The position numbers were made by a program, and so were the translations under genes. A model generated the notes under the pieces. The model saw nothing but the letters and a program-made list of their open reading frames with translations. It did not search any database and was not told the DNA's origin. Positions 8,839-18,218 of a stretch of 40,394 bases of DNA are shown here, piece after piece. Each line of letters begins with the position of its first letter. Position 1 is the first letter of the stretch. The stretch is from the sequence record SRR33789315_113, one strand, 5' to 3'.

Positions 8839-10149
8839 TTAAGCGCGCAAGTGTTTAGCAATTGCTGCGATATCATTCATGGAGATATCTACTTGCGATT
8901 TTTCTTTCAAATTCTTAATTGGCATTGTGTTATTTTGAATTTCTGTTTCACCTATAAAGGCAACAAACTTAGCACCGCGTTTTTCGGCCATTGGAAATGC
9001 TTTTTTTAGTTTGACGGGTTCAAGCGCTGTCACCGTTTTAATATTGTGATGACGTAACTCACTAGCAACTTGAAGCATCTTAGTCATTGAAGCTTCGTCT
9101 AATGCGGCAAGAAACAGGTCATTGCTCGCTAATGTAAAATCTGGCATCAGACCATGGGTTTCTAAAAAGTCAGTCAACGTAACATCACCAAGGCCAAATC
9201 CAATGCCTGGAAGTGGTTCTTCGTTGAATATTTTTAAAAGGTTGGCGTAAGCCCCACCACCACAAAGTGCACGACGGTTATCCGGATGCTTATCAAAAAT
9301 TTCGAAAACGATTCCAGTATAATAATCAAGTCCTCGAACAACGGCTGGATCATACTTAACGTATTTAGCGATACCAAGATCATTAAAATGCATTAGAAAT
9401 GATCTTAGGTCACTGGCAGTCTGTGCTTGCTTTGTCTCATCGAGTAGTTTTAAAAGACCATCAAAGGAATCAATATTAAGATATTGATTGAAAAGCGAAA
9501 CGGCAGAAACGGACAAATTTAATTCTGCGACAAGTTTAGCAACGGCATCAGCAGGAATTTTTTTAGCGCGATCAACGATTTTATAAAGCTTAAGCGCTTG
9601 TTCGTCATTGGCGCCCATTGCACCTTTAAAAAGGGCATCGACAATTCTTCTATCATTTAAAAGAATTTCAAAGTGAGTTTCGTTAGCACCTAGCTTGTTC
9701 ATAAGACTAACAGCGAGTTGTAGAATTTCAATTTCGCCAGAAAATCCTGGAGCTCCAAAGATGTCGACATTAAATTGCCAGTGCTCACGAAGACGACCAC
9801 GTTGTGGTTTTTCATATCTCATGAGATTTGGAATGGAGTACCAGCGAATTGGCTTTGTTTCATTTTTATGAACTTGAGCAACCATTCTAGCAACTGTAGG
9901 AGTCATTTCTGGACGAATGGCTACTTCGCGCTCGCCGCGATCAGTGAAACTATAAATTTGTTCATTAATAAGTTCGTCACCAGATTTTGCACGATAGAGA
10001 TCGACTTCCTCTAAGAGTGGACCATCATATGGTTCGTAGCCATAAAGTTCTGCCGTTTCATTCATGGCTTTAAATAAATGATCTCGTTTACGTTTATCTA
10101 AAGGGAAGAAGTCACGTGTTCCGCGGTATGGTTTTTTGCTAAGTGTCAT
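8839..10149 (-). CDS. hisS: Histidine--tRNA ligase
   Basis: RGTRDF, RPEMTP, RYEKPQRGRLREHWQ, RGLDYYTG and GGGAY motifs. Confidence 0.98.
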   Translation of the reverse strand: MTLSKKPYRGTRDFFPLDKRKRDHLFKAMNETAELYGYEPYDGPLLEEVDLYRAKSGDELINEQIYSFTDRGEREVAIRPEMTPTVARMVAQVHKNETKPIRWYSIPNLMRYEKPQRGRLREHWQFNVDIFGAPGFSGEIEILQLAVSLMNKLGANETHFEILLNDRRIVDALFKGAMGANDEQALKLYKIVDRAKKIPADAVAKLVAELNLSVSAVSLFNQYLNIDSFDGLLKLLDETKQAQTASDLRSFLMHFNDLGIAKYVKYDPAVVRGLDYYTGIVFEIFDKHPDNRRALCGGGAYANLLKIFNEEPLPGIGFGLGDVTLTDFLETHGLMPDFTLASNDLFLAALDEASMTKMLQVASELRHHNIKTVTALEPVKLKKAFPMAEKRGAKFVAFIGETEIQNNTMPIKNLKEKSQVDISMNDIAAIAKHLRA

Positions 10150-10212
10150 TTGGCTGCCTCAGACGAATAAAATCAGCAAATTTGTAGCATGAAACAAGGG
10201 GAAAGGCCTCAA

Positions 10213-11118
10213 CTAGAGGCTTAAAATCCAGTCATTTGTAGGTTTTGGTAGCAGAACAGGTGCAGAATAAAATGGATCCTTCTTCTTAATGATGGTTTCA
10301 CCCTTGAATGGAGCGTTTTCGATTTCGCGAGGCACCCAATCATTTACTGGAGCGGGAAGTTTTGTCATCGTCGTTTCAAGAAGTGGATCGACAATTTTAT
10401 CAAGAATGTCTTGTGCCGAACTATTTTTAGGGTTTGGCTTGAGCTCACTTAGGCTGAAAATATCAGTTCTTTTTTGTTCAGTCTGATTATCTTTTGAATA
10501 TGACAACGTCAGAAGTATCCAACTCGCATTTTCGATTCGACCAAGGTTTTTGATAGCTAGTTTTTCAAGTTTTTCATTCGCACTAACCACTGAAGCAAAG
10601 GCAAAATAATCAACCCAGCTAAGAACAAGTTCAACTCGTTTTCTTAAAACTTGTAGGCCTTCAATTTGTCCACTTGGGGAATTTAACCAAAGAGAAGGAA
10701 AGCGAGCATCGTTAACAAGCAGTTTGGCATCTTTTAAAAATGATCTAAAAACAAATTGTGCCCACGGTGAATAGGCAGGCCAATCAGTTTTCTGTTCAAT
10801 TTCTTGTAACCTTTGAGCATCATAGCTTTTATAAAGTGATGATGTATCTGGGCGAGAGGATAAAAGTAATTTTGATATTTCTGTTTTAACAATAAAGTAC
10901 AAGTCTGTTTTTGATAATCTTGAAGAGTAGGTAGAGTAATTTGCAACAAATCCTTCAATTTTCTTCTTCTCCAATAAGCCTAAATTTTCAGGCGGCAAAG
11001 AGCGAAGAAGCAGAGAAATCTCCGCTGGAATCTCATTCTCATCCTTAGGTAAATAGACTTCTACCGCAAAAGAATTTTGAAAGATGATATAGCATAGAAG
11101 GAAAATGAACTTAGTCAT
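10213..11118 (-). CDS. Secreted hypothetical protein
   Basis: 301 aa with signal peptide (..NSFA). Twice-repeated C-terminal LPxPxNDW. ATGA-coupled to the upstream gene. Confidence 0.75.
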   Translation of the reverse strand: MTKFIFLLCYIIFQNSFAVEVYLPKDENEIPAEISLLLRSLPPENLGLLEKKKIEGFVANYSTYSSRLSKTDLYFIVKTEISKLLLSSRPDTSSLYKSYDAQRLQEIEQKTDWPAYSPWAQFVFRSFLKDAKLLVNDARFPSLWLNSPSGQIEGLQVLRKRVELVLSWVDYFAFASVVSANEKLEKLAIKNLGRIENASWILLTLSYSKDNQTEQKRTDIFSLSELKPNPKNSSAQDILDKIVDPLLETTMTKLPAPVNDWVPREIENAPFKGETIIKKKDPFYSAPVLLPKPTNDWILSL

Positions 11119-12161
11119 TTTTGCTCCTTAAGATCAACGCTCAAGCTTTCTTTGGCTCCAATTTGCTTTTGATCTAACGGAACATAGAATTTACTTTGAA
11201 AAGGAATAAGTAGTAACCCGTCAAAGTTAATGAGTGAGGTTGCATATCTAAGGTCACTAATCGCTTCAAGCGTTGAATCATCAATCTCAAGTGAATAGAT
11301 ATCATGGCGGATGGCTTTACCAAGCTTGAAAGCCTTGGAGAAAAAAATCTTTCCTTCGGTATGATCGCATACCATATGCCCGATATCAGGTAGAGAAGAA
11401 GTGTAGATTGGTTTAGTTAATCCTTTATCAGAGGAAATCTCCCAAATCTCTGTTGCTCCATTTAATTGTTGGTATGGAAAAGCGCCTAGAAATGTTTTTC
11501 CAAAACCTGAGCAGAGCTCGAGTCTTCGATTAACCCCTTCAGGTTTAAAAATGACCTTGCTCTTTCCATCAACGCGGGTAAATTTAATAAGAGCACTTTC
11601 GCCCTTCTCATTCATGTCTACATAAAAGATGTTTTGCTCGTCGGCCATAGCGACGTCTGGGAAAAAGAACGGATTAAGTTTAGTCGGAGTTTGAATATTA
11701 AAACCAATCTGAGTGTTGTCTAAATTCTTTATGGTAATAATTCTTGTAAATGGGCTGTAAAAGCTTGTCCAACTACCATCAAGTTGAATTTGTGTATTAA
11801 GCCCTCTACCAATTTCTATAGATGTCGCTTCACCCTTTTTGGCTCTAAAGATCTTAGCTTCGAGTCTAGGATCAAGGGATTGTTGATAGTGACTTTTCTG
11901 ACTGATAACTATCCACGGGCTAGCAAATGTGGACGCAATATAATATTGAGTACCCATATCTGACTTTAAAATTTCCAAAACATTAAAATTTGTACCAAGA
12001 AGAAGATCACCTGAGCGGCGCTGATAATATGTATATTTTCCATCACGCGTGAGATAGCGAATATTGCTAACATCTTGCTTTGTGGCAAGTTCAGGCAGCT
12101 TTTTAGCAAAAGCAAGTTGAGTTAAAAATAGAAGTATTGTAAGGCTAGTTTTTAATGCCAT
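11115..12161 (-). CDS. Secreted hypothetical protein, probable beta-propeller (TolB-like)
   Basis: Likely start MALKTS (ATG 12161) gives a signal peptide ending AFA. Blade-like segments TRDGKYTYYQ and QLDGSWTSFY. Confidence 0.65.
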   Translation of the reverse strand: MALKTSLTILLFLTQLAFAKKLPELATKQDVSNIRYLTRDGKYTYYQRRSGDLLLGTNFNVLEILKSDMGTQYYIASTFASPWIVISQKSHYQQSLDPRLEAKIFRAKKGEATSIEIGRGLNTQIQLDGSWTSFYSPFTRIITIKNLDNTQIGFNIQTPTKLNPFFFPDVAMADEQNIFYVDMNEKGESALIKFTRVDGKSKVIFKPEGVNRRLELCSGFGKTFLGAFPYQQLNGATEIWEISSDKGLTKPIYTSSLPDIGHMVCDHTEGKIFFSKAFKLGKAIRHDIYSLEIDDSTLEAISDLRYATSLINFDGLLLIPFQSKFYVPLDQKQIGAKESLSVDLKEQK

Positions 12162-14136
12162 ACAAAGTCCATGTCTTGAGAAGGTGTTGTGTTTGAAAAG
12201 CTGAAACACTATTAAAAATATAATTCCAGGGAATAATTCGTGGTGAGTGAATATCGTCAATCGTGGTTCGAACTACGACGTCATCACCGTTGGCTCGATT
12301 GGAAATACCGTCGATAATGAAGGGTAGTGGCGTGCACTGATTGAAATATTTTCTTTGGAAATAGCTTGGTAAAATATCTTCAGAGCAACCGACTCCGTGA
12401 ACTATTGCTGTTTTTAAATTTTTTAAATAGAAAGTTAACTCAGTTAGATTTCTAATTTCTCTGGCTTCAATTTTTAGTGTTTCAGATAAAAGAGATTGAA
12501 GGGTTGATTTTGTTTGCGCAATTGAGTCAGGAAAATAACTAAATAGCGCAGTTCCCTTAAACTCAAGACCAGTAATGTTTTTCTCGTTCAGTACAATTTT
12601 TCTCTTACAGTTTGTAATGGTGCAAATATTATCATCATAAATAATGAAGCAACCGTTCTTGTACTCCAAAAGCGAAGGATTATATTCGTTACCTCTAAGA
12701 ATTCGACATTCACTATCAGGGCTCATTGCAAAATTATTGACGAGAATTTTTTTAATGACGACGTTCTCACTGAGTGCTGAGGCCTTTGATGGACCTGGCA
12801 CATAAGGAAGACACTCGTTTGCTTCTGACGCTCTATTTTGGTAGCAAATATTAAGCGGCCATCCCTCTTTTGGATCGACCTTGAGACTCTCGTTCGCAAA
12901 GTTTAGTGTTGGGACTTGAGCACATTCAACTGGAGAGACCTGCACATCACTTTGCAAAAAATGCGACCATATTCGATAGCTATTAGTTATAGTTCCATTA
13001 TCCATGTTTCCTGGACAGTCTCTATAGCGAGTGACTAGTTTTTCAACCAGAAGTGCATCAGAGAGTTCTGAGCAGTTTGGTTTTGGAAATAAAGCTGGAA
13101 AATCTTTTGCTCCAACAGTTGTACATAGATTAGGTTGTTTTTTAAATCTGCCAGCACAAGTTATTAAATCTTGTCCTGTTAATTGCTTTTTTCCAAGAAG
13201 CTCTTGGCATCGACGGTCAATTAACCAAGCAGGTTTTTCACCAGCGATGATCTTAGGCCAAACTTCATCAGTTAAAAATGGCGAGCAAAATTTTTGATTA
13301 TCATCAAGACCTTTACATAAAGCACCGATGTAATTTCTTTGAAAAATAGTCGTAACTTCATTAATTTCGTCTCTGGTCTTAATTTTTGAACCAAGAAGTC
13401 TTCGGGTAAGTAATTCTGTAGATGGTGTTTGACTTAATTGTAGTTGAGCACGATCACCATCTTCAATTTTTTCATGAATGCCGCACAGATATGGCAGATA
13501 ACTATTCGCTGCCCATTCTGAAAGCAGATTGAGACATTGTTTTTCACTTTTGGGTACAGAGAACGTAAAACTCTCTATGGTTTTAGCTAGATTATTTTTT
13601 TGAAACAAAACACCGTAGTCTCTGTTTGCTGTACATTCCTTTTTATAAATAAGACTCAAATAGTTATTTCTATCAATGGAAAAAATTTCAGGTGTTTCTT
13701 TTTCTTTGATTGTCGCAAGAATTGGCAGCGTTTGTGTTACTCCCTGAGGACCCCTTAATAGATTATTTTCCAAACTTGCATAAAAAGAACATTTATTTTG
13801 TCTTGATAAAACTAAATAAGATGGTTCTGTATGCAAAAGAATTGAGCGGATATAGGTAGGTTCTATTTCCAGCCCTTTACTTGTATCTATAGTTGTTAAG
13901 CTTGCTGGATTTGATGCGGCTTTGGCTTCTAAAGCGTTAAACCTAGCTGTCTGTGCACCAACAATTTTCTCAAGAGGATAGAGAACGCCAGGAATTTTAT
14001 CTGGATCAATAGAAATTTCTTGTCTAGGTAATGGGGAGGGAGCTTTATCTTGAGAATAAACTTCCCCGCCCACTAATAAGCAGGGAAGTAATAAGAAAAG
14101 TTTAAAGGACCGACTGGGCCAAAATAGATGCCACAT
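12145..14136 (-). CDS. Large cysteine-rich secreted hypothetical protein
   Basis: 663 aa ORF with hydrophobic N-terminal signal and 20 Cys in the mature part. Overlaps both neighbours on the same strand. Confidence 0.8.
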   Translation of the reverse strand: MWHLFWPSRSFKLFLLLPCLLVGGEVYSQDKAPSPLPRQEISIDPDKIPGVLYPLEKIVGAQTARFNALEAKAASNPASLTTIDTSKGLEIEPTYIRSILLHTEPSYLVLSRQNKCSFYASLENNLLRGPQGVTQTLPILATIKEKETPEIFSIDRNNYLSLIYKKECTANRDYGVLFQKNNLAKTIESFTFSVPKSEKQCLNLLSEWAANSYLPYLCGIHEKIEDGDRAQLQLSQTPSTELLTRRLLGSKIKTRDEINEVTTIFQRNYIGALCKGLDDNQKFCSPFLTDEVWPKIIAGEKPAWLIDRRCQELLGKKQLTGQDLITCAGRFKKQPNLCTTVGAKDFPALFPKPNCSELSDALLVEKLVTRYRDCPGNMDNGTITNSYRIWSHFLQSDVQVSPVECAQVPTLNFANESLKVDPKEGWPLNICYQNRASEANECLPYVPGPSKASALSENVVIKKILVNNFAMSPDSECRILRGNEYNPSLLEYKNGCFIIYDDNICTITNCKRKIVLNEKNITGLEFKGTALFSYFPDSIAQTKSTLQSLLSETLKIEAREIRNLTELTFYLKNLKTAIVHGVGCSEDILPSYFQRKYFNQCTPLPFIIDGISNRANGDDVVVRTTIDDIHSPRIIPWNYIFNSVSAFQTQHLLKTWTLYGIKN

Positions 14137-16126
14137 CTTGAATATCGATCTCCTCTGTGGCCGGTACTTGGGCCTTAGATGAATTAAAATTAATCATACA
14201 GTAGGAGCAAGCAGTAGCCAATTTTGGAACCTTAACTTCTGCAATATCTTCAAGACGTTTTTTTGCTAAATGCTCACCCTCTGGAAGCTCGTACCACATA
14301 TTGCCGCCGCCCATTCCACAACAGCGCGCTTTATCCTTCGCAGTTTCCATTTCTTTAATTTTAAGGCCAGGGATTGAGCTTAAAATATCACGAGGAGCGT
14401 CGTATTCTCCATGGTGTCTACCTAGGTAGCACGGATCGTGGAAAGTTAGCTCTCCTGTCATTTCTTTAGTCGGATTTAGTTTTCCATTTCTGATCAGTTC
14501 AGCCAGAAGCTCAGTATGGTGAACTGTTTCAAAGGCTCCGTCTTCAAATTTACCGTACTCTTTACCAATAGTGTGTAGGCAGTGAGGGCAATGGGTAACG
14601 ACTTTATCAAAGTCATATTGTCTCATATTAGCAATATTCTCTATCGCAATTTCATAGAACGAATATTCATCACCAAAGCGCCTAACAGGATCGCCATTAC
14701 ATTTTTCTGTTTTACCCATTACGGCAAAGCTAACGCCGGCTTTCTTTAGAAGTCCGACAGTGTCTTGAACAACTTTTTGATTCGCAGAGTCATATGAGCC
14801 AGCACAACCTACGTAATATAAGTAATCAACTTTTTTACCTGACTCAATAACTGGGACATCTAAGCCGTCGGCCCACTTAAAGCGGTCATCTTGAGTGATA
14901 CCCCATGGGTTACCATTAATTTTTACTTTATTAGTGGCATCTGCCGCAGCTGGTGGAATCTCACCAAGAGTAAGTGTTTTGTAACGTTTAGCTTCTAGAA
15001 TTAAACTGACGTGCTCAATATTGGCAGGACATTCTTCCATGCAAGCACCACAGGTTGTACAAGCATCAAGTTCGTTTGCTTCATAAATTGGATTTTCACC
15101 CCAAAGCTCTACATCCGCCTGACCATTATTCCATGCAGCCTCAACAAGATCACGTGCTTTAGTGACAATTGTTTTAGGATTAAGATTTTTTCCAGCGTTC
15201 AGAGCCGGGCAAACATCCGTACAACGACCACACTCAACACAAGTCAGAAGATCTAATCTATTTTTAAGCGTAAGCTCACTCGCTTTTCCAAGACCAAATG
15301 TTTCTGCATTTTCATCTTCAAAGTTCATCGGGTTCAAAACTGCGCCACGACGAGCAGGAGTTAGCAGTGAAGCTAGTGGTAGGAAAATAATATGAGAAAA
15401 TTTTGAATAAGGAATACTTGCAAAAAAGGCCATGGTGTTTGCCATGTGACCAAGCCATAACGTTCTATACACAGTCGCAAGAGACTCGTTTGACCAGCCA
15501 AATGTTTCAAAGAAGTTCGCAACCATCCAACCAACTGGTGACCAGCGTGCTTCATCAATTGGCATTCCCGTACCTAGAATACGAAGACCTTCTAGGAGAT
15601 AACCAATAATAACGAGTGCAGCCAGCATTCCATACATGAAGTATTCGCGCTTTGGTTGAGTCGCTGAAAGTGATGCCGGTGTTTTCACGTAACGACGATA
15701 AAACGCAAGGGCAAGTCCAATGAGAATTGCGATACCTGCGATATCAGCCAGAAAAGAGACGATGATATAAGTCCATCCCTTGAAGATTTGAAAAGGAGTA
15801 TCAGCATGAATGGCAACTAAATCGGTCGCAATCCAAAGAATAACAAATCCGTAATAGATCAATGAGTGAAAAATTCCGACATTGGCTTTTCTGGTTACTT
15901 TACCGGTAAAGAAAAGCGTCTCAAAGAAATTTTTCCAGTTCAATTTATGAGGAAGAAGTTCTTTAAGTTTTGATACACCTTGGCCACGAGTAAGAAAAAG
16001 AACTTTCCCCCACATTCCTTTTGCAAAGATAGCAAATGAAGCTACCAATAAAACATACATTGCAACTTTGAATGAAAATGGAATATTCCACATGACTTCA
16101 CGAGTAGCGAGTTCTAGATCTTGCAC
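14102..16126 (-). CDS. Membrane-bound Fe-S oxidoreductase (FadF/HdrD/GlpC-like)
   Basis: N-terminal TM helices, two 4Fe-4S motifs (CVECGRCTDVCP, CTTCGACMEECP), CCG domains (HDPCYLGRH, CCGMGGG). GTG start at 16126 behind AAGGAG. Confidence 0.92.
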   Translation of the reverse strand: MQDLELATREVMWNIPFSFKVAMYVLLVASFAIFAKGMWGKVLFLTRGQGVSKLKELLPHKLNWKNFFETLFFTGKVTRKANVGIFHSLIYYGFVILWIATDLVAIHADTPFQIFKGWTYIIVSFLADIAGIAILIGLALAFYRRYVKTPASLSATQPKREYFMYGMLAALVIIGYLLEGLRILGTGMPIDEARWSPVGWMVANFFETFGWSNESLATVYRTLWLGHMANTMAFFASIPYSKFSHIIFLPLASLLTPARRGAVLNPMNFEDENAETFGLGKASELTLKNRLDLLTCVECGRCTDVCPALNAGKNLNPKTIVTKARDLVEAAWNNGQADVELWGENPIYEANELDACTTCGACMEECPANIEHVSLILEAKRYKTLTLGEIPPAAADATNKVKINGNPWGITQDDRFKWADGLDVPVIESGKKVDYLYYVGCAGSYDSANQKVVQDTVGLLKKAGVSFAVMGKTEKCNGDPVRRFGDEYSFYEIAIENIANMRQYDFDKVVTHCPHCLHTIGKEYGKFEDGAFETVHHTELLAELIRNGKLNPTKEMTGELTFHDPCYLGRHHGEYDAPRDILSSIPGLKIKEMETAKDKARCCGMGGGNMWYELPEGEHLAKKRLEDIAEVKVPKLATACSYCMINFNSSKAQVPATEEIDIQDVASILAQSVL

Positions 16127-16270
16127 GTACAATGCTCCTTCCCTGACCAGAAAGTTCCGGTATAATAACAATTAAAAGAATACCCTTTTATAATAGTATC
16201 TAATTCATTACCTTTATAGGAGAAAAAAGCTTCCCCTCGAACCTTTTCAAAAGTCGTGTAATCTAACTTT

Positions 16271-17311
16271 ATGACCAAAATTCTATTTTTAAGTTTAATT
16301 TATATTCTTTCTAGTTGTTCGCGCTCGCCAACAATTAATTTGCATACCCGAACTTTCGGAGAGAACCCAAAAAATGTCATTTGGATACAACTTCCAGGTT
16401 TTGAATTAGAACATGCAGCATTGCTACGATTCGGTCTCAGCGATTCAAGGCAACTATCTTCAATGGAAGATGTTGATTGTGTTGGGTCAGCCTGGTCCTA
16501 TAACTTTTATAATTTAAGAACCGATGCTAGTGATTCTGCACTTTCGCAAATAACTGGTAGTGCTGATATACGTAACTCTTGTCCATCAGAAAATCGTTAT
16601 CCTGTCTGGCAATATTATAAATCGTTAGGTTATCAGACCTATGGGATTGAAGCAGGTGCATCAGATAAAAATTCACTGATTCATCACCAAACTTGTAATA
16701 AGCAAACTTTTCTTGAGGGATTGTCATTACTACACATGAACAAGGCGACTAAAAACGTAAAAGATCCAACTTACTTCCACTACCAGTCTCAAAAGAAGCT
16801 AGAAAAGGAAGGATTGTATTTTGATCAAACCTGTCAAAACTCTAAGGCTGGTTGTTTTGCAACTTTATCAAATAATATTCAGTCCATTTGGTCAGAAAAT
16901 ATAGATCAAACTAAAAGTGCATTCTTTTATATAAGAGACTTTAGATATCTGAACTATTTAAAAAATGGTGATATTAAAAATGCCAGAGAAGTCCTCAGTG
17001 AAATAAATAAAGTGATAACCTTTTTCAAGTCTCAACCTAGTGCAGCCCAAACATTAATTTTGGTAACAGGTGGAGAAACGCAATCACTTCGTTTGCCTAC
17101 TCAGGGAAAAGAGTGGGAAGCCTTTGAAAAAATGGGAAAGAATGTGAAGCTAGAGCGCTCAAGATTAAATTCACCTGTTTTAGCCAAGGGGCCATCAGCT
17201 GAAAACTTTTGTGGAGTTTATGAGGAATCTAAAATTCTTAGTCGTCACTTTTGGAGAGATGACAATAAAACATTTTCTATCGATAAAATTACTGAGTTAA
17301 TGAAGTTTTAA
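16271..17311 (+). CDS. Lipoprotein with alkaline-phosphatase-like fold, probably non-catalytic
   Basis: Lipobox LSSC. PKNVIWIQLPG, RTDASDSALSQITG, GYQTYGI, TLILVTGG and VLAKGPSAENFCGVYE are collinear with alkaline phosphatase motifs. Confidence 0.6.
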   Translation: MTKILFLSLIYILSSCSRSPTINLHTRTFGENPKNVIWIQLPGFELEHAALLRFGLSDSRQLSSMEDVDCVGSAWSYNFYNLRTDASDSALSQITGSADIRNSCPSENRYPVWQYYKSLGYQTYGIEAGASDKNSLIHHQTCNKQTFLEGLSLLHMNKATKNVKDPTYFHYQSQKKLEKEGLYFDQTCQNSKAGCFATLSNNIQSIWSENIDQTKSAFFYIRDFRYLNYLKNGDIKNAREVLSEINKVITFFKSQPSAAQTLILVTGGETQSLRLPTQGKEWEAFEKMGKNVKLERSRLNSPVLAKGPSAENFCGVYEESKILSRHFWRDDNKTFSIDKITELMKF

Positions 17312-18134
17312 CTTCCTCTTTCGTAATTAGATAGAAAGTCTTGCAATAGTCACATTTTGTCTCTATTTCCTCTTTATCTTCAAAAATGCCATCAATTCCT
17401 TCGCTTCGAACTAAAGAAGCTACTCCTTGAAGCATTCGATCTCTTGAGCAACCGCACTTGAAAGAAACCTCGGTGGAAGTGAGCAGTTCCATTCCATACT
17501 TCTTAAAATGTTCGATCACGTCATCATAAGAAGCTTGGCCACTGTCGATATGAGTAGTCATGGCAGAAAGGACTTCTTGGAAATAGTCTTCCAGGCTAGG
17601 TCTTTCTTCTGCAGCAACTTGGTCGACTTGCTGATCAGGTAAACGTTGAATAATAAAGGATTGATCTGAAACCTTTGAAAGATGAATTCTTGATTTAACT
17701 TGATAGGACTCTGTTAAAATAAGATTAGAGACTTCAGTAATAGATAGTCCATCTAATGCAAGTAGTGAGTTGTATGGCTCGCGTTGGTTTGGAGTAATTT
17801 TTGTAAGCCTACAATTGCCATAAATATTTTTCGGAAAATCATTAAATTTTTCAGGAAATAAAAGCGTCCTCATGTATCCGACAGAACTCGCCTCTAGTTT
17901 AAAGCGAAACCATGGTTCATTTGAATCAATATAAAAGCCAAATTGTTCACCGCTTTTAAGGTAAGAAATTAATGGTAAAAAAGTGAGGACGGCGTCGCGA
18001 AAAAAACTAAAGCCGTCTCCTTTAATGTCATGAATAAGGGCCAAGTCTCTGATGACACTTTGCCCATTAAAAAAATGCAGGGTGAAACCTGCTTTTTGAT
18101 CTATAAATCCAGTAAGTCGACTTTGCTCTAGCAT
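17289..18134 (-). CDS. hslO: Hsp33 redox-regulated chaperone
   Basis: SYQVKS segment and C-terminal zinc motif FKCGCSR...CDYCKTFY. Confidence 0.88.
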   Translation of the reverse strand: MLEQSRLTGFIDQKAGFTLHFFNGQSVIRDLALIHDIKGDGFSFFRDAVLTFLPLISYLKSGEQFGFYIDSNEPWFRFKLEASSVGYMRTLLFPEKFNDFPKNIYGNCRLTKITPNQREPYNSLLALDGLSITEVSNLILTESYQVKSRIHLSKVSDQSFIIQRLPDQQVDQVAAEERPSLEDYFQEVLSAMTTHIDSGQASYDDVIEHFKKYGMELLTSTEVSFKCGCSRDRMLQGVASLVRSEGIDGIFEDKEEIETKCDYCKTFYLITKEEVKTSLTQ

Positions 18135-18218
18135 GACGAACCCAGCGATAAGAGTTACGATACTAATCGTTTAACACAGAGACCCGATCGTGTCCCTACA
18201 ATTTTTTGAGGTTTAATA

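Noticed and set aside
10205-10223. AGGCCTC-AACTA-GAGGCTT hairpin at the end of the 10213 gene as a terminator
   Set aside because: It overlaps the stop codon and has only an interrupted U tract; too weak to call.
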